From positions 198,464,001 through 198,528,000 of the forward strand of contig NC_086097.1 in assembly GCF_963921235.1 (NCBI RefSeq): a stretch of DNA of 64,000 bases. The letters are read 5' to 3'. This document shows positions 37,041-47,965 of the stretch, piece by piece. The notes under the pieces were generated by a model. It was given only the letters and a program-made list of their open reading frames with translations, made no database searches and had not been told where the DNA came from. The DNA comes from Mobula hypostoma. Taxonomy: Eukaryota. Both the position numbers and the translations under genes were made by a program. Every line of letters starts with the position of its first letter. Position 1 is the stretch's first letter.

Positions 37041-40000
37041 TTACAGGTTAAGTCTATCAGGCGGTCGAGTCCGTCGCTGTGATCTACGTAGCACCGGCGA
37101 TGGCGGTTGTGCTGGCTCCGGCCTGACTTCAGGTGCCAGCACGTTAGGCGTTGGTAATCCCTCGCGCGTGTGTGTCGCGCCCGGTATGGGAGTGTCGTGT
37201 GGTGTCTGTATAGAGTTTGGGGTGCACGGTGTCTTGTAGGTACATACATTGGTGGATATGGGGTCAATAGTCACCACGGAGTGTTCAGGGTAGGGGCCCA
37301 GAGCTCCTGCGGGCGCCAGGTCACGGATGGAGACCGTGTCCTCCCGCCCATCAGGTTAAACCATGTAGGCATACTGGGGGTTCGCATGAAGTAAGTGAAC
37401 CCTCTCGACCATCGGGGAGTATTTATTGCTCCTCGCATGTTTCCGAAGCAGCACTGGCCCCGGGGACGTCAGCCAAGTTGGTAGGGTAGTTCCAGTGGTC
37501 GATTTTCTGGGAAAAGAAAAGAGCCGCTCATGAGGGGTGGCATTGGTGGCTGTGCATAACAGGGAGCGGATGGAGTGGAGTGCCTCGGGAAGGACCTCCT
37601 GCCAGCGGGAGACCGGCAGTCCCTTTGACCTGAGGGCTAAGAGTGTGGCTTTCCACACTGTGCCATTCTCCTTCTCCACCTGTCCATTCCCCCGGGGATT
37701 ATAGCTCGTGGTCCTACTGGTTGCATTTCCCCTAGCCAGTAGGTATTGGCGCAGCTCGTCACTCGTAAACGAGGACCCTCTGTCACTGTGGATATAGCAT
37801 GGGTATCCGAACAGAGTGAAGAGCTTGCGCAGGGCTTTTATAACTGACGTGGTAGTGGTGTCGGGGCAGGGCATGGCGAAGGGGAACCGCGAGTACTCGT
37901 CAATTATGTTAAGAAAGTACACATTGCGGTCGGTGGAGGGAAGGGGGCCCTTAAAGTCAACACTCAGTCGCTCAAAGGGGCGGGTGGCTTTGATTAGTTG
38001 GGCCTTTTCGGGTCGGTAGAAGTGTGGTTTGCACTCTGCGCAGACTTGGCAGTCCCTGGTCATCATCCTGATCTCCTCAAGGGAGTAAGGCAGGTTCCGG
38101 GCTTTCACGAAGTGGAAAAGCCGGGTGACTCCCGGGTGGCAAAGGTCTACATGTAGGGCATATAGCCGGTCGATCTGCACGTTGGCACATGTTCTCCGGG
38201 ATAGGGCATCGGAGAGCTTGTTGAGCTTCCCAGGCCTGTACATGATGTCATAGTTGTAGGTGGAGAGTTCGATTCTCCACCTCAGAATTTTATCATTTTT
38301 GATTTTGCTCCACTGCTGATTATTAAACATGAACGTGACTGAGCGCTGGTCAGTTAGCAGGGTGAACCTTTAGCCGGCAAGATAGTGCCTCCAGTGCCTT
38401 ATAGTTTCCACTATGGCCTGGGCCTCTTTCTCTACCACAGAGTGCCGAATTTCAGGGCCTTGAAGGGTACGGGAGAAGAACGCCACTGGTCTTCCTGCCT
38501 GGTTGAGGGTAGCAGCCAGCGCAAAGTCGGAGGCGTCACTCTGTACTTGGAAGGGAATGGCCTCATCCACCGCCTGCATTGCTGCTTTGGCAATGTCCCC
38601 TTTTATGCGGTTGAAGGCCGCGTGGGCCTCGGCAGAGAGGGGGAATGTGGTGGACTTAACCAGGGGGCGGGCCTTGTCTGCATAGTTAGAGACCCATTGA
38701 GCGTAATATGAAAAGAAGCCCAGGCACCTTTTGAGGGCTCTGAGGGTATTGGGAAGAGGGAGTTCCAACAGGGGGCGCATACGGTCAGGGTCAGGACCAA
38801 TGACTCCATTCTCCACGACACACCCAAGGATAGCAAGTCGGGTGGTCCCAAATACACACTTGTCCTTGTTATAGGTGTGGTTGAAAGATTTGGCCGCTTG
38901 GAGAAATTTTTGGAGGTTGTTGTCGTGATCCTACTGGTCGTGACCGCAGATGATGATGTTATCCAGATATGGGAACGTGGCCTTCAGTTGGCACTGGTCC
39001 ACCATCCGGTCCATTGCCCTCTGGAAGACAGATACACCATTCATGACACCAAAGGGGACGTGCAGGAATTGATAAAGCCTGCCGTCCGCCTCGAAGGCAG
39101 TGTAAGAGCGGTCCTCCCGGCGGATGGGGAGCTGATGGTAAGCGGATTTTAGGTCTATGGTCGAGTACACCTTGTACTGTGCTATCTGATTGACCATATC
39201 CGCGATGCGGGGTAGAGGGTACGCGTCGAGCTGCGTGAACCTATTGATGGTCTGGCTATAGTCCACGACCATCTTATTCTTCTCCCCGTTCCGAACAACC
39301 AGCACCTGCGCCCTCCAAGGACTTGTGCTTGCTTCAATGACCCCCTCCCTGAGCAGCCACTGCACCTCCGACTTAATGAAAGCTCTGTCCCCCGCGCTGT
39401 ACCTCCTGCTTTTAGTTGCCACAGGTTTACAGTCTGGGGTCAGGTTGGTGAACAGCGGTGGGGGAGGGATCCTGAGGGTGGAGAGGCTGCAAGTGGTGTC
39501 GGTAGTGTGGCAGTTGGCATGATGTTGGGTGGGATGCGCAGGTCAGTGTGTGTGTGGGTGGTCAGTAGCGGGGTACATGACATATCTCTACAAAACAGGG
39601 GATTTACGACAGTAATTGGTGGGAGGGGCCTATCATACTTCATTGTCACGCTTTTCAGGTGGCTCTGGAAGTCCAACCCCAACAGCACAGGGGCACACAG
39701 TTGAGGCGAGACCAGTAACTTAAAGTCCCGATATTCTGTGCCCTGCACCACTAGCGTCGCGACACAACCCCCCCGGATGTCTGTTGTATGAGACCCGGAG
39801 GCCATGGTGACCCTTAGACTTACCAGCCGTATCATGAGTCCGCAATGCTGCACCGTGGCCTGGTGGATAAAACTCTCGGTGCTGCCTGTGTCAAACAGGT
39901 AGCTTGTCCTGTGCTCCTCCACCAGGATGTCCATCATTGACCTTGCAAGCTGGTGGGAAGCGCTTTGGTCGAGGGTCACGGAAGCCAGGGTGGGGTCGCT

Positions 40001-40963
40001 GTCTTGGTCCGGCGCGGTGGGGTGGCCCGTAAGCACCCGTTGGTCGTAGGCGGTGGGAGGTGGCGCCGACCAAGATGGCCGCCCCCATGTCTCGCACGTG
40101 GTGGCGGCGTGCAGGGAAGATGGCGGCAGGGAAGATGGTGGCCCCCATGTCTCGCACGTGGTGGCAGCGTGCAGGGAAGATGGCGACACCCACGTCTCGC
40201 ATGCGGCGCTGCTCGATCCCGCTCGAGGTTTTGACTTACAGACCTTGGCGAAGAGGCCCTTCTTTCCGCAGCTGGAGCGGGTAGCTTGTCGGGCCGCGCA
40301 GCGTTTCTGGGGGTGCTTCTCCAGTCCGCAGAAGTAGCACTTCATGGACTCACGACTGGCTGCAGCCGAGGTCGATTCGCCAGTGGGTTGCGGGGTCTGC
40401 GGCACCCACGAGGCCATCGGGGGATCGCGTGCCTGGAGAGCCTCGGAGTTATGCAGAGCGGCCTCCAACGTATCAGCCAGCTCGATCACCGAACTTAGGG
40501 TAAGATTGGCTTTTTCCAGCAGCCGCTGGCGCATGTACACTGACCTGGTCCCCGTAACGAAGGCGTCTCTCACTAGGAGTTCTGCATGCTGCGCCGCCGT
40601 CAGCTCCTGACAATTGCAGGCTCGCACGAGTGTCCGTAGGGCCTGGATGAACTCAGCACTCGATTCCCCGGACCATTGTTGCCGTGTCGCTAAGCGATGC
40701 CGAGCATAGACGCTGTTTATCGGCCGCAGGTATTGTCTTTTGAGTGCGTTCATCGCGCCGTCGTAGTTCAGCTGGTCTCTGATCAGCGAATAGACCCGTG
40801 GACTGACCCTGGAGAGTAGAACTCTGCGCTTCGCTACGGGGTCGGTCGCTTTAATCTCCTCTAGATACGCTTCGAAGCAGGCCAGCCAGAGTTCGAAAGC
40901 GTTTCCAGCGTCAGGCACTTGCGGATTGAGGTCTAATTTGTCTGGTCTCAGGGACTGTTCCAT
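37041..40963 (-). pseudogene. gag-pol polyprotein with one frameshift (~39500-39590) and three in-frame stops (38931, 38370, 37356)
   Basis: Two zinc knuckles (second one decayed), protease FDTGS, RT 'IDLKSAYHQ..VPFG..YLDN', RNase H 'SDASD..EKEA..TDQ..DALSR', integrase HHCC and 'VDF..SDRG..VEK'. No chromodomain. Confidence 0.95.
40070..40208 (-). repeat. Imperfect in-frame tandem repeat between zinc knuckles and protease
   Basis: Three copies of a CETW-containing unit (45-60 bp): CETWVSPSSLHAATT, CETWGPPSSLPPSSLHAATT, CETWGRPS. Confidence 0.9.
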
Positions 40964-40972
40964 GTTTTAAAA

Positions 40973-40988
40973 TATACAGCGAATAAAA
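40973..40988 (-). other. Non-tRNA primer-binding-site candidate complementary to the element's own LTR
   Basis: Sense TTTTATTCGCTGTATA lies 1 nt after the 5' LTR, with no TGG. It is the reverse complement of LTR sense TGTA(C/T)AGCGAATAAAA. Confidence 0.75.
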
Positions 40989-40989
40989 T

Positions 40990-41239
40990 TGAAGCACCTT
41001 CAATTACTCCAAAAGACTGAGGTTTGGTAAAATACTGAAAGGCTTTTATTCGCTATACAATACGACCTGCACAGTGAGTGTCTGCCCCCGGACTGAGGGG
41101 GAAGGGCAAGGCGAACACCTTTATACAGGACTCTGTGAGAGGAGCCACAGGGGCAGTCAGAGGAGCCACAGGGGCAGTCAGCAGAGGTGTGTGTCCAGAC
41201 AGGTAACTGAGTTACAACATATATACATGGTTTACCACA
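40990..41239 (-). repeat. 5' LTR
   Basis: TGTGGTAAAC...GCTTCA. TATAAA at ~41121-41126 and AATAAA at ~41045-41050 on the minus strand. Confidence 0.97.
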
Positions 41240-41941
41240 GGGAGGCCATGCCGTAGCTGAAACCATGGAGCTCAAACAACATGTTCAAGATGGAGTCCAG
41301 TGATTAGATTTCTGCCAGAAAGCTCACTTTACACAGGTGTGGAGGTCCCTAACGAAGGTAGCTCCTGGGAAGGAAGGTAATCATCATTTGTTCTGGGTAC
41401 AAAATAGCGAAGTAGTAGAATACCTGTGCATGGGAAATGGAGATCAAGGAGACAGTATTAAGAGTGGTAAGGGGAAATACTGTACACAAACAGGGTGAGT
41501 TGCATTAGTGTCCTTTCAATCAAATGAAGACTTCATAACCACCACATGCAATGGCACTGTGGCCAACTGGTGAGTTATAGGGCAACATGTGTATTAAGAA
41601 GTATTTTCCAGATTAAGCTGAGGGGAAGCACTTACACAAGAGATATTATCTCCCAGTTTATAGGGGAGATGGACTGCTATATTATTAGCGGAGACAGAGA
41701 GGTCCAATTATCAGCTGTGGTGATGGGCTGGAACTATGTGCCTACAATCAGGGACAACAATTGTAGCAAGTTAGTTAAATTGAGACGTGGTGTGATTTAG
41801 GAATAAAACAGAAAACACTGGAACTATTCAACATATCAGGCTGCTTCATTTGGAAGATAAACAGAATTAATATCTCAGGATAGTTTGTTGAAATGGTTTT
41901 AAGGAACTGCATTGCACAATGATAAGCACCTAGGTCCATGC

Positions 41942-42178
41942 TGTTGTGTATTTAATATTTCGGTAATATTTGAGTAATATCATATGATTAACCATTCTTG
42001 TTAGTTTAATTAATTCATTATGAGTTATTGGTAAAAATACATGAATGGCATATGTTATCATGACAGCATATCAGATGTGTGCATCTTGCTTAAAGTAAAA
42101 ACAAAACTAAGACACATTTTCTCACCTACTTGATTCCTTTCAATTAATCTTAATGTTTTGGAGTTACAAAATATAACA
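41942..42178 (+). repeat. 5' LTR of the old Gypsy
   Basis: TGTT...AACA termini; similar to, but clearly diverged from, 52962-53190. Confidence 0.88.
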
Positions 42179-42180
42179 AA

Positions 42181-42190
42181 TGGTGACGAA
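42181..42190 (+). other. tRNA-type primer-binding site (probably tRNA-Ser, decayed)
   Basis: TGGTGACGA lies 2 nt after the LTR and is close to TGGCGACGAGG, the complement of the tRNA-Ser(GCU) 3' end. Confidence 0.7.
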
Positions 42191-42212
42191 AAAGTTTTAA
42201 ACAAACCCGGAA

Positions 42213-43722
42213 TAGGGTGGATAAGTCGCCTGGACTAGGTGGACTACATTCCAGAGTTCTGAGAAAGGTTGCTGAAGAGATAACGGATGCATTGGTCATG
42301 ATCTTTCAAGAATCACTTGATTCTGGCATGGTCCCAGAGAACAAGAAGATTGCAAATGTCACCCCACTCTTTAAAAAGGCAGGAAAGCAAAAGAATGGAA
42401 ATTATATGTCAATTAGCCTAACCTCAGTGGTTGGGAACGTGTTAGAGTCCATTATTAATGATGAGGTTTCGAGGTACTTGGAGACTAATGATAAAATAAT
42501 TCAAAGTCAGCATGGTTTTTGTAAAGGGAAATCTTGCCTGACAAATCTGTTAGACTTCTTTGAAGAAGTAACAAGCAGGGTGGACAAAGGAGAGGCAGAA
42601 GATGTCATTTAATTGGATTTTCAGAAGGTATTTGATCAGGTGCCACACATGAGTCTGCTTAACAAGATAAAATCCCATGGCATTACTGTAAAGATACTGG
42701 AAATGATAGAGAAATGGTTGACAGGTAGGAGACAATGAGTGGGTATAAAGGGAGCCTTTTCTGCTTGGCTGCCAGTGATTATTGGTGTTTCTCACGGGTG
42801 AGCATTGGGATCGCTACTTTTCACATTGTTTGTCAATGATTTAGATAATTTATTTGATGGCTTTGTTGCAAAGTTTACAGATGATACAAAGATAGGTGGA
42901 GGGGTAGTTAGTGCTGAGGAAGCAATGCGATTGCAGAAGGTCTTAGACAAATTGGAAGAACGGGCAAAAAAGTGGCAGGTGAAGTACAGTGTTGGGAAAG
43001 ATATGATAATGCATTTTTGGTAAAAGGAACAATACTGCAGACTATTATCTAAATGGGGAGAAAATTCAAACATCGGAGGCACAAAGAGACTTAGAAGTCC
43101 TTGTGCAAGACTAGTGCCAGGTTAATTTACAGGTTGAGTCTGTGGTAAAGAAGGCAGTGCAATGTTGGCATTTATTTCAAGGGCAATTGAATATAAAAAA
43201 CAAGGAGATAATGCTGGAGCTTTTATAAGACACTAGTCAGGCCGCATTTGAAGTATTGTCAACAGTTTTGGGCCCTATATCTCAGAAAGGATGTGTTGTC
43301 ATTAGAGAGAGTCCAGAGGAGGTTCACAAAGATGATTCCGGAAATAAAGAAGTTAACATATGAAGAGCATCTGGCAGCTTTGGGCCTGTACTCACTGGAA
43401 TTTAAAAGAATGTGGTGGGGGGAGGAATCTCATTGAAACCAGTTGTATGTTGAAAGGACAAGAGGATGTGGATGTGGAGAGGATGTTTCCTATGGTGAGA
43501 GTGTCCAGAACGAGAGGGTACAGCCTCAAAATTGAGGGACAATCCATTAGAATTGAATCCTTTAGAACAGAGGTAAGGAGGAATTATTTTGGCCAGAGAA
43601 GTAAACCTGTGAATGCTCTGCCACAGACAGCTGTGCAGGCCAAAACCATGGGTATATTTAAAGCAAAAATTGACAGTTTCCTAATTGGTCAGGGCATCAA
43701 AGGTTGTGAGCAGGCAGGCGTA
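42213..43722 (+). mobile_element. 5'-truncated CR1 inserted just after the PBS (3' tail displaced to 46951-47045)
   Basis: 'DKSPGLGGLHSRVL', 'QHGFCKGKSCLTNL', 'AKFTDD'. The tail resumes at 46951. Confidence 0.92.
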
Positions 43723-46700
43723 TAGAAACATAGAAACATAGAAACATAGAAAATAGGTGCAGGAGTAGGCCATTCAGCCCTTCGAGCCTGCACCGCCATT
43801 TATTATGATCATGGCTGATCATCCAACTCAGAACCCCGCCCCAGCCTTCCCTCCATACCCCCTGACCCCTGTAGCTACAAGGGCCATATCTAACACCCTC
43901 TTAAATATAGCCAATGAACTGGCCTCAACTGTTTCCTGTGGCAGAGAATTCCACAGATTCACCACTCTCTGTGTGAAGAAGTTTTTCCTAATCTCGGTCC
44001 TAAAAGGATTCCCCTCGATCCTCAAACTGTGGCCCCTCGTTCTGGACTTCCCCAACATCGGGAACCATCTTCCTGCATCTAGCCTGTCCAATCCCTTTAG
44101 GATCTTATACGTTTCAATCAGATCCCCCCTCAATCTTCTAAATTCCAACGAGTACAAGCCCAGTTCATCCAGTCTTTCTTCATATGAAAGTCCTGCCATC
44201 CCAGGAATCAATCTGGTGAACCTTCTTTGTACACCCTCTATGGCAAGGATGTCTTTCCTCAGATTAGGGGACCAAAACTACACACAATACTCCAGGTGTG
44301 GCCGCACCAAGGCCTTGTACAACTGCAGTAGTACCTCCCTGCTCCTGTACTCGAATCCTCTCGCTATAAATGCCAGCATACCATTCGCCTTTTTCACCGC
44401 CTGCTGTACCTGCATGCCCACTTTCAATGACTGGTGTATAATGACACCCAGGTCTCGTTGCACCTCCCCTTTTCCTAATCGGCCACCATTCAGATAATAA
44501 TCTGTTTTCCTATTTTTGCCACCAAAGTGGATAACTTCACATTTATCCACACTAAATTGCATCTGCCATGAATTTGCCCACTCACCCAACCTATCCAAGT
44601 CACCCTGCATCCTCTTAGCATCCTCCTCACAGCTAACACTGCCACCCAGCTTCGTGTCATCCGCAAACTTGGAGATGCTGCATTTAATTCCCTCATCCAA
44701 GTCATTAATATATATTGTAAACAACTAGGGTCCCAGCACTGAGCCTTGCGGTACCCCACTAGTCACCGCCTGCCATTCTGAAAAGGTCCCGTTTATTCTC
44801 ACTCTTTGCTTCCTGTCTGCTAACTAATTCTCCACCCACACCAATACCTTACCCCCAATACCGTGTGCTTTAAGTTTGCACACTAATCTCCTGTGTGGGA
44901 CCTTGTCAAAAGCCTTTTGAAAATCCAAATATACCACATCCACTGGTTCTCCCCAATCCACTCTACTAGTTACATCCTCAAAAAATTCTATGAGATTCGT
45001 CAGACATGATTTTCCTTTCACAAATCCATGCTGACTTTGTCTGATCATTTCACCGCTTTCCAAATGTGCTGTTATCACATCCTTGGTAACTGACTCCAGC
45101 AGTTTCCCCACCACCGACGTTAGGCTAACCGGTCTATAATTCCCCGGTTTCTCTCTCCCTCCTTTTTTAAAAAATGGAGTTACATTAGCCACCTTCCAAT
45201 CCTCAGGAACTAGTCCAGAATCTAACGAGTTTTGAAAAATTATCACTAATGCATCCACTATTTCTTGGACTACTTCCTTAAGCACTCTAGGATGCAGACC
45301 ATCTGGCCCTGGGGATTTATCTGCCTTCAATCCCTTCAATTTACCTAACACCACTTCCCTACTAACATGTATTTCGCTCAGTTCCTCCATCTCACTGGAC
45401 CCTCTGTCCCCTACTATTTCTGGAAGATTATTTATGTCCTCCTTAGTGAAGACAGAACCAAAGTAATTATTCAATTGGTCTGCCATGTCCTTGCTCCCCA
45501 TAATCAATTCACCTGTTTCTGTCTGCAGAGGACCTACATTTGTCTTTACCAGTCTTTTCCTTTTTACATATCTATAAAAGCTTTTACAGTCCGTTTTTAT
45601 GTTCCCTGCCAGTTTTCTCTCATAGTCTTTTTTCCCCTTCCTAATTAAGCCCTTTGTCCTCCTCTGCCGAACTCTGAATTTCTCCCAGTCCTCAGGTGAG
45701 CCACTTTCTCTGGCTAATTTGTATGCTTCTTCTTTGGAATTGATACTATCCCTAATTTCTCTTGTCAGCCACGGGTGCACTACCTTCCTTGATTTATTCT
45801 TTTGCCAAACTGGGATGAACAATTGTTGTAGTTCATCCATGCAACCTTTAAATGCTTGCCATTGCATATCCACCGTCAATCCTTTAAGTGTCATTTGCCA
45901 GTCTTTCTTAGCTAATTCACGTCTCATACCTTTAAAGTTACCCCTCTTTAAGTTCAGAACCTTTGTTTCTGAATTAACTATGTCACTCTCCATCTTAATG
46001 AAGAATTCCACCATATTATGGTCACTCTTACCCAAGGAGCCTCTCACGACAAGATCGCTAATTAACCCTTCCTCATTGCTCAAAACCCAGTCCAGAATAG
46101 CCTGCTCTCTAGTTGGTTCCTCGACATGTTGGTTCAAAAAACCATCCTGCATATATTCCAAGAAATCCTCTTCCTCAGCACCTTTACCAATTTGGTTCAC
46201 CCAATCTACATGTAGATTGAAGTCACCCATTATAACTGCTGTTTCTTTATTGCACACATTTCTAATTTCCTGTTTAATACCATCTCCGACCTCACTACTA
46301 CTGTTAGGTGGCCTGTACACAACTCCCACCAGCGTCTTCTGCCCCTTAGTGTTACGCAGCTCTACCCATATCGATTCCATATCTTCCCGGCTTATGTCCT
46401 TCCTTTCTATTGCGTTAATCTCTCCTTTAACCAGCAACACCACCCCACCTCCCCTTCCTTCATGTCTATCCCTCCTGAATATTGAATATCCCTGAACGTT
46501 GAGCTCCCATCCTTGGTCACCCTGGAGCCATGTCTCTGTGATCCCAACTATATCATAATCATTAATAACAATCTGCACTTTCAATTCATCCACCTTATTA
46601 CAAATGCTCCTTGCATTGACACACAAAGCCTTCAGGCGCTCTTTTACAACTCTCTTAGCCCTTATACAATTATGCTGAAAAGTGGCCCTTTTTAATGCTT

Positions 46701-46950
46701 GCCCTGGATTTGTTGGCCTGCCACTTTTACTTTTCTCCTTAGTACTTTTTGCTTCTACCCTCACTTTACACCCCTCTGTCTCTCTGCACTGGTTCCCATC
46801 CCCCTGTTTGAACTAACCTCCTCACGCCTAGCCTCTTTAATTTGATTCCCACCCCCCCAACCATTCTAGTTTAAAGTCACCTCAGTAGCCCTCGCTAATT
46901 TCCCTGCCAGGATATTGGTCCCCCTAGGATTCAAGTGTAACCCGTCCTTT
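43722..46950 (-). mobile_element. Young CR1, 5'-truncated within the end of ORF1
   Basis: (TTTCTATG)n tail at 43722-43750. ORF1 end 'KDGLHLNPRGTNILAGK'. Complete ORF2 region. Confidence 0.97.
43828..46764 (-). pseudogene. CR1 ORF2 (APE endonuclease plus RT) in one frame with three TAG stops (44824, 44725, 44278)
   Basis: APE 'NARSI..GITETW..YRPP..MGDFN..SDH'; RT 'YRPVSL..QHGF..DFQKAFD..GVPQG..FADD'. The three tracked ORFs are in the same frame. Confidence 0.95.
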
Positions 46951-47049
46951 TAGGGTTGACTGAGATTCTGGAATCAGCCATGATGGAATGGTGGAGCAGA
47001 CTTGATGAGCTGAATGGCTTAATTCTGCTCCTATGTCTTATGGACTACC

Positions 47050-47965
47050 TTCTGTCTTAAGGTCAGAAGTGGGGACGTTCACAGATGACTGTACTATGTT
47101 CTGCACCATTTGTAACTCCTCAGATAGTGAAGCAGTTCATACTCAAATGCAGCAGGAGCTGAACAATATCAGGCTTGGGTTGACAAGTGGCAAGTAACAT
47201 TCGAGCCACGTAAGTGCCTGACAATGACCATCTCCAACGAGAGAGGCTCTAGCCATTGTGCCTTGACATTCAGTGGCATCACCATCACTGAATCCCCTAC
47301 TATCAACATCCTGGGGATTTCCACTGACAGGAAACTGAACTGGTCTAGCCATACAAACACCATGGCTACCAGAACAGGTCAAAGGCTAGGAATCCTGTGT
47401 AACTTGCCTCCTGACTCCCCAAAGCTTATTCACCATCTACAAGGCTCAGGTCAGGAGTGTAATGGAATATTTGCCACTCACTTGGATGAGTGTAGCTCCA
47501 TCAACACTCAGGAAGCTTGACACCATCCAATACAAGGCAGCGCACTTGACTGGTACCCCTTCCACAAGCATCCAATCCCTCCACCATCAACAAACAGGTG
47601 AAGCAGTGTGTACTATCTACAAGATGCACTGCAACAATACACCAAAGTTCCTAATGCAGCGTCTTCCAGCCCACGATCACTACCATCTAGAAGGACAAGA
47701 ACAGCAGATACCTGGGAACACCACCCCTTGAAAATCCTCCTATAAATCACTCACCATCCTGACTTGGAAACATATTGCTGTTCCTTCATTGTTGCAGGGT
47801 CAAGATCATGGATTTCCCTCCCGAACAGCACTGTGGGTGTACCTACACCTCAGGGACTGAAGTGGTTCAAGAAGGCAGCTCATCGCCATTTTCTCAAGGG
47901 CAACTAGGGATGGGCAATAAACGCTGGTTTAGCTGGCAATGCCCACATCCTGTAAATGAATAAAT
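47050..47965 (+). mobile_element. 5'-truncated LINE of the second CR1/L2-group family
   Basis: 'FTDD', 'INILGISTDRKLNWSSH', 'MEYLPLTWMS'. 3' end GGGCAATAAA...GCCCACATCC...AATGAATAAA. Confidence 0.85.

Larger units (their letters stand above)
36722..41239 (-). mobile_element. Complete Ty3/Gypsy LTR retrotransposon (Mag-like), 4.5 kb
   Basis: Two 250-bp TG...CA LTRs, 5-bp TSD GGGAG (36717-36721 and 41240-41244), PPT, and gag-PR-RT-RH-IN order. Confidence 0.97.

Noticed and set aside
39891..40610. Multiple overlapping ORFs on both strands
   Set aside because: A by-product of GC-rich, repeat-containing gag sequence.
41937..41941. TSD for the old Gypsy (CATGC versus TTGCC/TGCCC after 53189)
   Set aside because: The match is imperfect and the 3' LTR end is decayed, so it cannot be asserted.
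43805..46495. Long plus-strand ORFs of 230 aa and 258 aa
   Set aside because: Antisense shadows of CR1 ORF2 with no independent motifs.
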